DNA from: Salisapilia sapeloensis CBS 127946
Lineage: Eukaryota > Protista > Oomycota
Length of the DNA stretch: 64,000 nucleotides
Assembly: GCA_023334545.1 (NCBI GenBank)
Contig: JAADVB010000009.1
Location: 94,803 to 158,802, forward strand
Direction of reading: 5' to 3'
Shown: positions 32,501 to 42,203 of the stretch, piece after piece
Layout: every line of letters starts with the position of its first letter
Numbering within the stretch: the stretch's first letter is position 1
The notes under the pieces: generated by a model
The model's input: the letters and a program-made list of their open reading frames with translations, nothing else
Told to the model about the DNA's origin: nothing
Databases searched by the model: none
Made by a program: the position numbers and the translations under genes

Positions 32501-35181
32501 CTTCCATTCGTCTACAACGTTGTGTACGAACCTTCCTTGCTCGTACTACTGCAGAACGAGCTCGAAAGCTTCGTGAACGCGTTGCACTCCGCATTGAAAC
32601 TTGGTATCGAATGAACTGCCATAGGAGGAAGTACCAATGTCAATTGAAAGCAGCCATCATGCTCCAAACGTCCTATCGATCTTTGCGTGAACGACGTGAG
32701 TTTTTGAAGCGAAAGTTAGCATCCATTGCACTCTCTGCGTTCATTCGCCAAGTCTTTCAACGTCGAAAGTTTAAAATGCTCAAGTACAGAGTAGTCAAGA
32801 CCCAAGCCGCATATCGGCGGATGGTGTGTCGACACCAGTACCAAAAGCATCGGAAAGCGGCACTGTGTATTCAAAAAAGCTACCGATGCAAGCTGATGAA
32901 GGATAGACAAAGCCACAGTGTGCATGCGATGAAACAACTGCGCCATGTTCTTCGCGGGTACGTCATCTGGAAGCGTTTCCAGCGTCTCAAGAAGAACAGC
33001 GCTATTATCCAACGTTGGATGAAAAGTTATCTCCTCCAGAAGGAATATCGTCACATGATTCGAGCTGCTCGGTATATTCAGCACGTTTGGAGTCAACATT
33101 ATCGAGTGAAAAAATGGAGAAAGGAAATAGATAGCATTTTCCAAGTTACCAAGACATCGACAACGTCGGTGATGTCCCAGCACGCCAAGACTGAAGCTTC
33201 TGACCGTCGCATTCAAAAGCTAAGGAGGTATCCGGAAATTTATTTTCATTTGCAACCGAAAGAGTTCGGGTACAACTCTTTATTTCATCAGGCAGCAGCA
33301 TGTGGAGACTTTCATGTTGTCAAGTACATGCTAAGGCAGGCAAATGCTGTTTCTGCCAGCGATATTTTATTCTTGAGAAACCAAAAAGGAAACACAGCGC
33401 TTCATGAAGCTTGTGCGCATGGTCAGTATGATATGATGAAGTTATTGCTGATGAGAATGACATCAGAAAATTCTACTGTGTCCAACAATCTCGCTTTAAC
33501 GGGCTTAGACGATATGGACGATGAGGCAGAGTCTTTGGACAACCAAAGCAATGAAGATCCTCATTTTAATGTTGATAAAGACTTGCCAAAGCATATTACC
33601 ATGAACGAGGACAACAACGCGAGTGCGAAATCCTCTAGTGACAGTATTATCCTCGACGGCTATCTTCGAAAGCGTCGAGAAACCTCGCGATGGGCTCGTC
33701 GCTACGTTGTCCTGTCGATCGACGCTTCTGGCACACCGAAACTAATGTACTACCTCAGTCACAAACTGAGCTCGTTGAAAAAGTATGGAGGTAAGGAAAT
33801 CGACCTCTCAACTGCTCTCTTCAAAAAATGCAAAGATATTCCTTTTGCGTTTGAACTGCACTCTCCTCAACTGCTCGACATAAAGAAGAACAAGGAAGGG
33901 AGGTTGTATTTTGCAGCAGAAAATGAATTTCAAGTACAAGAATGGCTGGCCAAGTTACGAGACAGTAGTCCATCCTCCATCGAGTCCCGCGTCTATGCGA
34001 TCCATCGTACACATAAGCCTGGATGTCCAGAATTCGTCGACTTTGCTCAACGAAAGCAGATTTGCAACTTGCAAAACGCAAAGACGAGGAAAGAGACGCC
34101 ACTTCACCTCGCTGCCGGTGCGACGACAGTGTTATCAACATCATCGCGAGCAACTAGAAAACCTGACGAGAAGACAGATCTAAATCCAGAAGATGATGAT
34201 GTAAAAGAGACGAAAGAAGCAAAATCGTATCCGATAGAGTTAGTGAGTGAAAAGCATCGGTCAGAGGTCGAAGCGGATCTAGTTAAATCCACGTTATGGC
34301 TGATTGAAAATGGTGCTGACGTCAATGTCCTATCAGCACGAAATGAAACACCACTAAAGCGTGCACTTCAAAGCCGTAACTTGATCGTAGCAAAGCATCT
34401 GCTAGACCGTGGTGCACTTGCAACAGGTCTAGACCCGTCGGAACTCTCTCAAGTCCGGTATCTCAAGAGCATTTTGACAAAAAATGCGATTTCAAGTGTC
34501 AGCTCCTGCTTCACTGCGCCTTCATCGCCTTCGAGTTCATCCTTTTTAGAACGATCGTCCTCGTCTCGTGCGCTGTCATCGATAAAAGACCGCTTTAAGA
34601 AGAACGTCAGCATGCACAAGCGAACACCGTCGTTATCGGTTCTAGCAGGTCGAGACCAACAAGACCAGCCACCGACTCGTTTCTTGCTAAAGCAACCTGG
34701 AATCACTCAGAACAGCTCATATATTTCCTGCTTTGTAGAGCTCGTGGGACTACGTGAAGCTCGAAGTATCCAACGACCTCGATTGCTAATATCGGTAGTG
34801 AATGCCCAGCAACATCACATTGAGTCGAAGCAGCAAGTCGCAACACAGCCGTTGTCACTAACCTCGTCTTTGGTCTGGTCCGTCACTTGGCACATGCAAA
34901 CGCCACTCGAGAACTTGGCACAAGGTTCAAGTGTCGTCTTTGAGCTCTGGTCTTCACCATCAGTGCCGCCGTCTCCTGCATCCAGTACGAACAACTCATT
35001 CGCGGAGAAGACATCTACACCCATTTGCTGGACGCAACTACAGATCGACCGACATAGTGTCAACTGCATGCCCGTGACAATCGAAATGTACAACTATCCG
35101 ATGGACTTGACATTTAAGAAGAAACCACAACGAGCGGATGCTTTCCTCGCAGGCGACATTCTCATCTCCCACTCATCATAA
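29512..35181 (+). CDS. Unconventional myosin: SH3-like N-terminus, motor, ~13 IQ-like motifs, ankyrin repeats, PH, AIDA-type C2 domain
   Basis: P-loop GESGAGKTE, switch I NDNSSRFGK, switch II DIFGFE, QLCINFTNE, YIKCIKPN; ANK GNTALHEAC and ETPLHLAA; PH GYLRKRRETSRWARRYVVL..QEWLAKL; C2 VELVGL..WHMQTPLENL..VVFEL..EMYNYPMD; 1889 aa, no introns. Confidence 0.95.
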   Translation: MFRKNYSSATLPAPLKTGAGVPNGISSPSNDSKTSFRNASNQPSAPPLGQVSASSLSIGTKVWVPDSSSALWRVGEVQKLHLDTASADVFVPDAPEDSKLRTLPISNLYTFDPSHVIDHDDVACMNNMHEAPLLHTLRRRFETDTIYTFTADVLLSINPYKPIPLLYDVAGFMAEQRQSVIEEDTEGKTASNKSEVNSASHPHLFTIAERAYNGMKAGIYDKPKPGKEVVGSPQSIIISGESGAGKTEASKYIMKYLATASQHAASVSMMSACSDIHEKIEECVVLSNLLLESFGNAKTSRNDNSSRFGKYIQIHYNTDGRMAGVSIRHFLLEKTRLVVPQPSERNYHIFYQLLAGLRSLSSESQNRLKLEEDAWNYSYLAYGDCIEVDGVDDAAEFDQLRSSLSKLGMTESTFQQPMFELLAAILHLGNVQFDPVKNSNTGEEASMPVFPDYDRGVTIEHISSLLQVEASDLAKKLVTHTSVTVRGSVLERKLTALQAKNAMDAFCKHLYGALFNHLVDTINSFAKEQTSQQKSKARPAPEHAFIGILDIFGFEVLQTNSLEQLCINFTNETLQQQFNRHVFVLEQERYTNEGIAFSIIEFRDNQACIDLIQKPPNGLLPLLEEQMLLKRQTTDKQLLSIYHGNHLDKHANYGKPRFECDQFIIHHYAGDVTYDIQGFIGKNTDNLHEDLLGLLRRSTHSMLQAIFASGSTEAARPSHRRTQSMINVPSPRGSARAGFNRQQGASLTGTTTVSSLFRMQLAELMDVLWKTTPNYIKCIKPNNLKFPGGFSCELVRDQLTYSGVLEVVRIRQEGFPIRYTFDAFYDRYWPLVKDKYPPKTTTTSSDITKKAAALILSKYLHDNTNGSRDGKQVYALGRTEVFLRYGQIERLDVRIAAIREEKAAVLQAVVRGRMVCHQYRAMKSAATNLSSYWKMYSSFSQYNQLRRSCIRIQALQRRMVIQRHYLKTRHASLVLKRSIRHWISHKRFIKLQKQMDASIRLQRCVRTFLARTTAERARKLRERVALRIETWYRMNCHRRKYQCQLKAAIMLQTSYRSLRERREFLKRKLASIALSAFIRQVFQRRKFKMLKYRVVKTQAAYRRMVCRHQYQKHRKAALCIQKSYRCKLMKDRQSHSVHAMKQLRHVLRGYVIWKRFQRLKKNSAIIQRWMKSYLLQKEYRHMIRAARYIQHVWSQHYRVKKWRKEIDSIFQVTKTSTTSVMSQHAKTEASDRRIQKLRRYPEIYFHLQPKEFGYNSLFHQAAACGDFHVVKYMLRQANAVSASDILFLRNQKGNTALHEACAHGQYDMMKLLLMRMTSENSTVSNNLALTGLDDMDDEAESLDNQSNEDPHFNVDKDLPKHITMNEDNNASAKSSSDSIILDGYLRKRRETSRWARRYVVLSIDASGTPKLMYYLSHKLSSLKKYGGKEIDLSTALFKKCKDIPFAFELHSPQLLDIKKNKEGRLYFAAENEFQVQEWLAKLRDSSPSSIESRVYAIHRTHKPGCPEFVDFAQRKQICNLQNAKTRKETPLHLAAGATTVLSTSSRATRKPDEKTDLNPEDDDVKETKEAKSYPIELVSEKHRSEVEADLVKSTLWLIENGADVNVLSARNETPLKRALQSRNLIVAKHLLDRGALATGLDPSELSQVRYLKSILTKNAISSVSSCFTAPSSPSSSSFLERSSSSRALSSIKDRFKKNVSMHKRTPSLSVLAGRDQQDQPPTRFLLKQPGITQNSSYISCFVELVGLREARSIQRPRLLISVVNAQQHHIESKQQVATQPLSLTSSLVWSVTWHMQTPLENLAQGSSVVFELWSSPSVPPSPASSTNNSFAEKTSTPICWTQLQIDRHSVNCMPVTIEMYNYPMDLTFKKKPQRADAFLAGDILISHSS

Positions 35182-35265
35182 GAAACTTTAAGATTGCAAT
35201 ATAGACATAAGCAAATATTCAAGCATGGCTTTCGTATCAAATTAAGTTGTAAAACCGAAAAGTGT

Positions 35266-36105
35266 CTACACGCCGTCGGTCGGGTTGTAGAAAAAGGTGT
35301 GTCCATGAGGACACATGTATTGTCCAGCGCGACTTCCCAACGGCATCTGGACACGAGTGAAGCAAGTTGGGCATTGCCTCATCACTGGACGCTGAGGCGA
35401 CTGTGCTGAATTCGCAGCAGGCACGCTAGGTCCAGGCAAGCCTCCGATTGAAGGTACGGGCGGTGGAGGCAGAGTATTGCTGGTGGCTGGCATTCGCAGT
35501 TGAAAGAGATGGCCATTCGGACACTGTAGTGTGCCCCTCGCATTGGTATTCACAAGACACCTGACTCGACAGGAAGGGCATTCGACGACAACGTTATTTC
35601 TGGATGTAGTAGCGGCCGATTGACGAGCTCGTTCCTGTGCTGTGGGCGTGTGGGCGAGCGAATGGCCGCAGCCGTCACAGTACTGTCCTCCAGCTCCCCT
35701 CTTGCCACAGTTGGTGCAGTAGGGATGGGCTTTAACTAGACCTTTTGTCTGCTCTGGCCAATGCGCCTGTGGTTTACGACAAATGGGGCATTTATCCGAA
35801 TTCGCCTCGTCGTGGTTTACGTTTTCAAGAAGACAGCTAAAGTGGAATTTGTGGCCACATTCGGCAGTGAAGACGGCTCTGCCTGAAATGAGTTCATCTA
35901 GACAGATGACACACTCGTCCGGATCGTCGCTACCGGATTGGACTGGCACCGCGTCCTGCATGACGGACAGTGTGACGACATTGCTTGTATTATCTTTGGA
36001 AGAAGCAGATGCATTAAGATCTAGCTGTTTGCTTTGTTCGGACGTGAGAGGGAGAGCGTGCACGCGATGCTCGATGTCGCTCCAACGACGTGCTCTCGTC
36101 TCCAT
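35266..36105 (-). CDS. RING-H2 E3 ligase candidate with extra zinc-ribbon motifs
   Basis: CVIC..AECGHKFHFSC..CPIC (C3H2C3), then CTNC..CDGC, CPSC..CPNGH and CPTC..CPHGH; 279 aa. Confidence 0.85.
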   Translation of the reverse strand: METRARRWSDIEHRVHALPLTSEQSKQLDLNASASSKDNTSNVVTLSVMQDAVPVQSGSDDPDECVICLDELISGRAVFTAECGHKFHFSCLLENVNHDEANSDKCPICRKPQAHWPEQTKGLVKAHPYCTNCGKRGAGGQYCDGCGHSLAHTPTAQERARQSAATTSRNNVVVECPSCRVRCLVNTNARGTLQCPNGHLFQLRMPATSNTLPPPPVPSIGGLPGPSVPAANSAQSPQRPVMRQCPTCFTRVQMPLGSRAGQYMCPHGHTFFYNPTDGV

Positions 36106-37887
36106 TGCGAGTAGTTCTTCCTAAGTATTTGTCAGTTCGTCGCGCTTTCGGAACAGATTACACTTGATATTTGTATCAGGAAGGCAGTTCAATTCCAGTG
36201 GATCGTTTAGAAAAAGACTTCAATAAAGTATGCTTCCGAAGTCATTCTAATTTTGTACAGTTCAGGCGTACACGAGGAGAATAGATTGCTGGCATGGGGT
36301 ATGCATAAGCCCAGTATACATTTCTTATTCTGTTCATGCTCGTTGTCCGTCTACAAGGAGATTTTTGGCATTTGCTATATACATGATGAAGCGTCAGTGT
36401 TCTATCTTCGATCCACAGAAAATTTATACATGGTCAAGTTGTATTCATTTATTTCCTACCTTGGAATGAACGCAAAGGTATATTCTCGAGCTTGTACGAG
36501 GCGAGCAAGACTGAAAGAAATTGCAATACTCTGCTGGTTGCTCTTGTGTAGCATGTACTAGTCTCGACAGCTCCATCGACATGTACTTTACTATATGACC
36601 TCAAGGTTACCAGACGCAAGCTTTGATGGAATAGAGACATATCAGTGTCTCTTGACTTTACCATTCTAGCAGGATGAATCAAAGCCACGTATGCTTGACG
36701 TGGCGGTCTATCGCGGCCTACAAACAGAGTAGCAGTCGATGCCAACTACATCAGAATGTACAGATTGAGGCAGCTCCGTGTGTTCACTCGTATCAATCTT
36801 AAACGAGATATCATCTTCATTGCGTTTGGTTTGTTTATAAAATAACAAATCGACGTAGCGAAATCAAGGGCGAGAACAATCCAGGGGTATTGATTTCTAG
36901 GCCAAGCAGCCAATAACTTTACAATCTGCTGAAATGATTCGTATATCATAATTTCCACGCACACTGCATGATATGTATTCCCATCGCACTATGGTGAAAG
37001 GCAGAGTAAGGTTTGTCTTTATAGTTAGGTCCATATAGACGCAAATATGGGGCGTATACACCCTGCATATTCTCCGATATCTTCAGGAAGAAGTTAAATG
37101 TCGGGACGTGGCCAAGCATGTTAATCCATCCTCGCGTGCAATGCAAGGCTTATCACCTACTGCGCTCATTTTATGTTTCGTGGTTGCAATTTTTCGCACC
37201 AGGAGCTAGCTTGCATTGCCCAGTTGCACTTTGCTACATGTGACAAAGTTTCACCGATGCCATCCTACGGTAATCAATGCGTTGTGAGAGTATCCTTACA
37301 ACCGTGCGTCAGCGCTACGGATAGGTTCATTGTATCCACGTAAGCGACACATTTGATAACGCTGACGACATAGCAAGCTGGAGCATCCGGCTGGAAGAAA
37401 GTCCACGCGAAATACTCCACTGACACTACTCCTTCATCATCGAAAAGCGCAGTTCCTACTGACCATACCTCTTCCGTATTGTAAACAGTGGGGATATGTT
37501 GACTACACGTTTCATCTGAGAACACTTTTCTACTTTCCACGTCGACAGCATACGCCTTGCAGTCTACTTCCACTTCAATCATGGCATGAAGTTTGACTCA
37601 GATCCACGGCAGAGGATAGTATGTCGCGCCCAATGCAAGGCTCGCTACTGTCATCGACGCGTACATACGAAAGTAATTTAGAGGGTTCGCCACCCTCGAA
37701 AAGGAGGATGCGACGGCAATCGCTGGGCGTCGCAAGGCAAACGCGAGGAAGTTAGCGTTACACTCGCACTTTGCTGGAAATGTCCGTCAAAGATGTGCCA
37801 TACAAATCCCAAGCCAAAACAGAAAAACACCTACTGCTGCATCAAGCCGGAAGAGAGAGTGCGCCACCACAATTCAATCTCGAAGAC

Positions 37888-38459
37888 ATGGGCACAACGC
37901 TATCTACGTGCGGACTCTTTGCAGATCAAGAGTCTCCTGAACATCCCGTACGCTCACCACTTTACGATTTGCTCTCCCGAAGACTGAACTGACATTGCAA
38001 CAGGACTTTATGACGGCCAAAAAGCATTCGACACCGAAAGCACGAACTAGGACGCTGTCAACACAAGCTTCCGACTCATCCATTGCATCCATCGTCTCTG
38101 ACTCGAGTCGGTTGGTGCCAGATGCATACCAGCCTGTGGACATCCAAGTACTCTCGCGTGGCAATCGACCTCGACGAACTTCTCGTAGTGGCGTGAGCAG
38201 TGGCACATTCCTGTCCAACTCTAGCTCCTTCCACAGTGCCAGCGGTGCAGTCAGGCTTACACGACATCGTGCTGCGGTGGACAGCTACCCTCTGGACGCA
38301 CCTCCAACGGCATCTCGTGGTCGATCGACGCGACGAAATTCGAACTCGAAGAGCCACCACTCCATGTCCATGTTCAGTGACAATGAGGGTTTGCATAGTC
38401 GACGAAATGCCAACTTAAGCGACTTGTCGGCCAGGGACATGGTCCCTAGTTACGGCTAA
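37888..38459 (+). CDS. Hypothetical Ser/Arg-rich disordered protein with N-terminal acylation motif (2 exons, 171 aa)
   Basis: Exons 37888-37947 and 38004-38459 joined by a 56-nt GTAC..CAG phase-0 intron with CTGAC branch-like site; N-terminus MGTTLSTC. Confidence 0.65.
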
Positions 38460-38533
38460 TTGCCATTGGATGTAGTTATAGTGCTTAGGTTGGTGTGTAG
38501 GATGAAAAAACCAAACGTGTCGTTTTGTATGAT

Positions 38534-38783
38534 CTAGTTGGCCTTTTGACTAGCTTTTAGTTCCTTTACTTTACGCCGGCACTCTCGATAAGCTTCTCCC
38601 TCCGCCTCACACTCGTCACCGTCGCGAAGTCCACCGCTCTCCGACTTCCGATCCTCAACGCACCTACCTTCCACTAAGCAACCTGTATGTATTGTGTACT
38701 ATAGTAGACATGTACTTCATGTAAGTTTGCATTTGCTCGGCGCATGGGTCTGCCTCAGCCACCTTGGACGCCTGCACTCCCAT
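38534..38783 (-). CDS. Twin CX9C (CHCH-type) microprotein, 65 aa, 2 exons
   Basis: Exons 38716-38783 and 38534-38663 (52-nt GTAC..TAG intron) give MGVQASKVAEADPCAEQMQTYMKCVEDRKSESGGLRDGDECEAEGEAYRECRRKVKELKASQKAN with two exact C-x9-C motifs. An upstream in-frame ATG at 38858 is possible. Confidence 0.8.
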
Positions 38784-38870
38784 TAGCTTGTTTGATTCTG
38801 AACTTACTTGGTCTTTGTATGTACCCGATGAATTACGATGGGATTGCGTCTGTCTCATTTGTCAGCAAGT

Positions 38871-39573
<703 letters not shown>

Positions 39574-40138
39574 AGAATATGCAAGTAAAGAATAGCCGAT
39601 GGCTTTTTGGTTTTATGTGTTTGACTGGAAAGTTGGGTATACAAAGTGTCTAAAGGGATGGTTATCTACTTTATTTTTCATTATAACAATTAAAAAGTCG
39701 TGAGTAGATATAAGCTGGTGTGTAGATTAAGCTGCTGAAGTGATTAGTATAGAGAACTTCCTTTTGAGTACGCATTTGGTGTAACAGCATCTACATGGGG
39801 CCTACCTTGGTCAAGATCAGTTCGATCCATTCATTGCTAATTTCTTGGGCATCATTCTTGAGCCAATGTCTTCTTAATGAAACTTTTTCACTTCTATCAG
39901 CATGCAAGATATAGTATATCTCCCAGTAGTCTCTCTCGAATTACGACTGCGGGTAGAAGCTGTCTGGTCATGTACCTGACAAAGCTACTTGCGCATTTAG
40001 GCTCGCCACTTCAACTCCACATACAAAATCCAAGATTAATAACGAGTTGACTACACTTTTGTATGGTGCGTGCTCGCCATCAACACCGCACACGATAACA
40101 AAACGTCTTCTCACCAAACCACTTGAGCTCCAGTACTC

Positions 40139-41101
40139 ATGGCTACACCACTCTCGGAACGGCAGCGCCGGATCATCATGGAGCCATACTCCTATATACA
40201 AAACCTCCCTGGTAAGAACGTCCGCGGGAGGATGCTCGACGCTTTCCAGCTTTGGCTACGGTCGCCGCAGGATAAAGCGGACGAGATCAAGATGATCATC
40301 GATAACCTCCACAACGCTAGTCTATTGTAAGTTCTGCCATTTTTTAATTACGAAAGATGCAGTACTAATATCCGAGATAGAATTGATGACATTGAAGATG
40401 ATTCCGACTTGCGTCGTGGAAAACCTGTAGCGCATCACGTCTACGGTGTGTCCACGACGATCAATTGCGCCAACTACGTCTACTTTCTAGCCCTTCAGAA
40501 ATGCCAGAAACTAGGTAGTTTCAATGCCATGCAGGTGTTTACAGATGAAATGCTTAAGTTGCACGAAGGACAGGGACTGGACATTTACTGGCGAGACCAT
40601 TTCAAGTGTCCAAGTGAAGAAAGCTATATCGATATGGTAGAAAACAAGACTGGTGGCTTATTCCGACTCGCTGTTGGACTACTCCAGACTTTTAGTGAGA
40701 ACAAATCGGACTTTATTCCGCTCTTGAACAGTTTGTCGGTGTACTTTCAGATCCGAGACGACTATATCAATCTCTTGGATGAAGAGTTTATGGAACACAA
40801 GAGCTACTGTGAAGATCTAACAGAAGGCAAGTTCTCTTTCCCGTTGATTGTCGGTATCCAGAGTGATGGAGAGGATACGCGACTGGAAAACATTTTGAGG
40901 CAACGTACAAAGGATGTGGAATTGAAAAAGTATGCCGTGCAAGTACTCCATGACGTCGGAGCATTTCAACGTACGAGAGCAAAGCTAGAAGAAATCATCA
41001 CGGACATTCGACGCCAAATCCAAGCGCTGGGTGGGAACGAACCACTCACGCAGATCGTCGAGTTTTTGCATACGACTGTAGAGAAGCTTGACAAGAAGTA
41101 A
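40139..41101 (+). CDS. GGPS1: Geranylgeranyl diphosphate synthase (GGPS1/BTS1-type), 2 exons
   Basis: Exons 40139-40326 and 40381-41101 (54-nt intron) give 302 aa; PGKNVR, LHNASLLIDDIEDDS.LRRG (FARM), KTGGLF, FQIRDDY (SARM), EDLTEGKFSFP. Confidence 0.93.
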
Positions 41102-41142
41102 TATGCGTAATGGAAAGAAACAGTCGATTGCAGTGTGTTTAC

Positions 41143-42042
41143 CTAGTTGATAGAATGTCGCTGCAACATGGCGGTAACTGCACTGCACAGGTCTTTTGCA
41201 TCGACCATGGCCTTTTGCAACGCCTCGGATCGAGTCGGTTGTTTCGACAAATGAGCGTGGAGGAGCTCGAGATTGTCGTGCACGCGTTGGACACTGTCCT
41301 GCAAGGTGGAGAGTTGCACAAGCATTTCCTCTCGAGAGGAAAAGTTGCGTGCCATTTGCTTTTCCGTTCGAGCAACGTTGCCTTGCAGTTGAGTCAGTTC
41401 GTTCAGTAAGAGGCGAAAATCCTCTTCTTTTTCCATGACAATATGCTGCTGCTCTTGGAGCAGCACCATGCATTTGATCGTATTCGTTTTAGAAAGCGTG
41501 CGTAAGGATGTGGCGTCATCTGGGGTCTTGCCTTTAATGACTAAGCGGAGGGCGTTAGAGGATACACCTAGAACATTGGACAGTCGCGACTTGACTTGGG
41601 AGACAGTTGTTTCTTCACTGAAGCGAAGATCGTACTTAGATTTGCCTCTCATGGCCTGGATTAGAATAGTCGAATCGTCATCTTGTGGAATGGAGGACTC
41701 CGAAGACGGGAATGTTAGGGGAATAGATGCTTTTGTCGGTTGGGGTGGAGTCTCCACGGTGTCAGTCGATTTGATACTGACTTTGGCAGCTTGCTTGGGC
41801 TGATGTGAGTTATGGTAGCTCTTGTTGAGCAATAGCATGAGCTTACATTTGCCCGGAAGAGTTTCTGGAAGCGGATCACGGAGCTCACGACCACGATAAA
41901 TGAGCTTCTGGTGATCAGGCGAGATGTTCCATTTATCCTGAACTGCCTGCTGAATATGAGAAAGAGTCCGCTGCTGACCAGGGTCGATTGTAACCGTTAA
42001 AGACTCCCGTCCGTGCACCACGGTCGCCTCCTGGATGACCAT
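41143..42042 (-). CDS. Protein with two ubiquitin-like domains and a C-terminal helical bundle (BAG-cochaperone-like architecture)
   Basis: UBL1 VVHGRE..WNISPDHQKLIYRG; UBL2 AMRGKSKYDL..TVSQVKSRL..LRLVIKGK; amphipathic C-terminal helices lacking a clear BAG consensus. Confidence 0.65.
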   Translation of the reverse strand: MVIQEATVVHGRESLTVTIDPGQQRTLSHIQQAVQDKWNISPDHQKLIYRGRELRDPLPETLPGKCKLMLLLNKSYHNSHQPKQAAKVSIKSTDTVETPPQPTKASIPLTFPSSESSIPQDDDSTILIQAMRGKSKYDLRFSEETTVSQVKSRLSNVLGVSSNALRLVIKGKTPDDATSLRTLSKTNTIKCMVLLQEQQHIVMEKEEDFRLLLNELTQLQGNVARTEKQMARNFSSREEMLVQLSTLQDSVQRVHDNLELLHAHLSKQPTRSEALQKAMVDAKDLCSAVTAMLQRHSIN

Positions 42043-42116
42043 AGCAATTTTGAGTTAGGGAGCATATTTATCAATTAATATATTTATATATAAGTAGTTT
42101 GAACCTAATCACACAA

Positions 42117-42188
42117 GGGCATGTAGCGCAGTGGTAGCGCGTCCGCTTTGCAAGCGGAAGGCCCCGGGTTCAATCCCCGGCTTGTCCA
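42117..42188 (+). tRNA. tRNA-Ala(UGC)
   Basis: GGGCATGTAGCGCAGTGGTAGCGCGTCCGCTTTGCAAGCGGAAGGCCCCGGGTTCAATCCCCGGCTTGTCCA: anticodon stem TCCGC/GCGGA around TGC, G3:U70 Ala identity pair, GTTCAA T-loop, discriminator A. Confidence 0.95.
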
Positions 42189-42189
42189 C

Positions 42190-42203
42190 TTTTTATTTTT
42201 TTT
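42190..42203 (+). terminator. Pol III oligo-T terminator of tRNA-Ala
   Basis: T5 then T8 tract immediately 3' of the tRNA. Confidence 0.7.

Noticed and set aside
37400-37520. VWSVGTALF resembling kinase subdomain IX
   Set aside because: No HRD, DFG or APE at suitable spacing.
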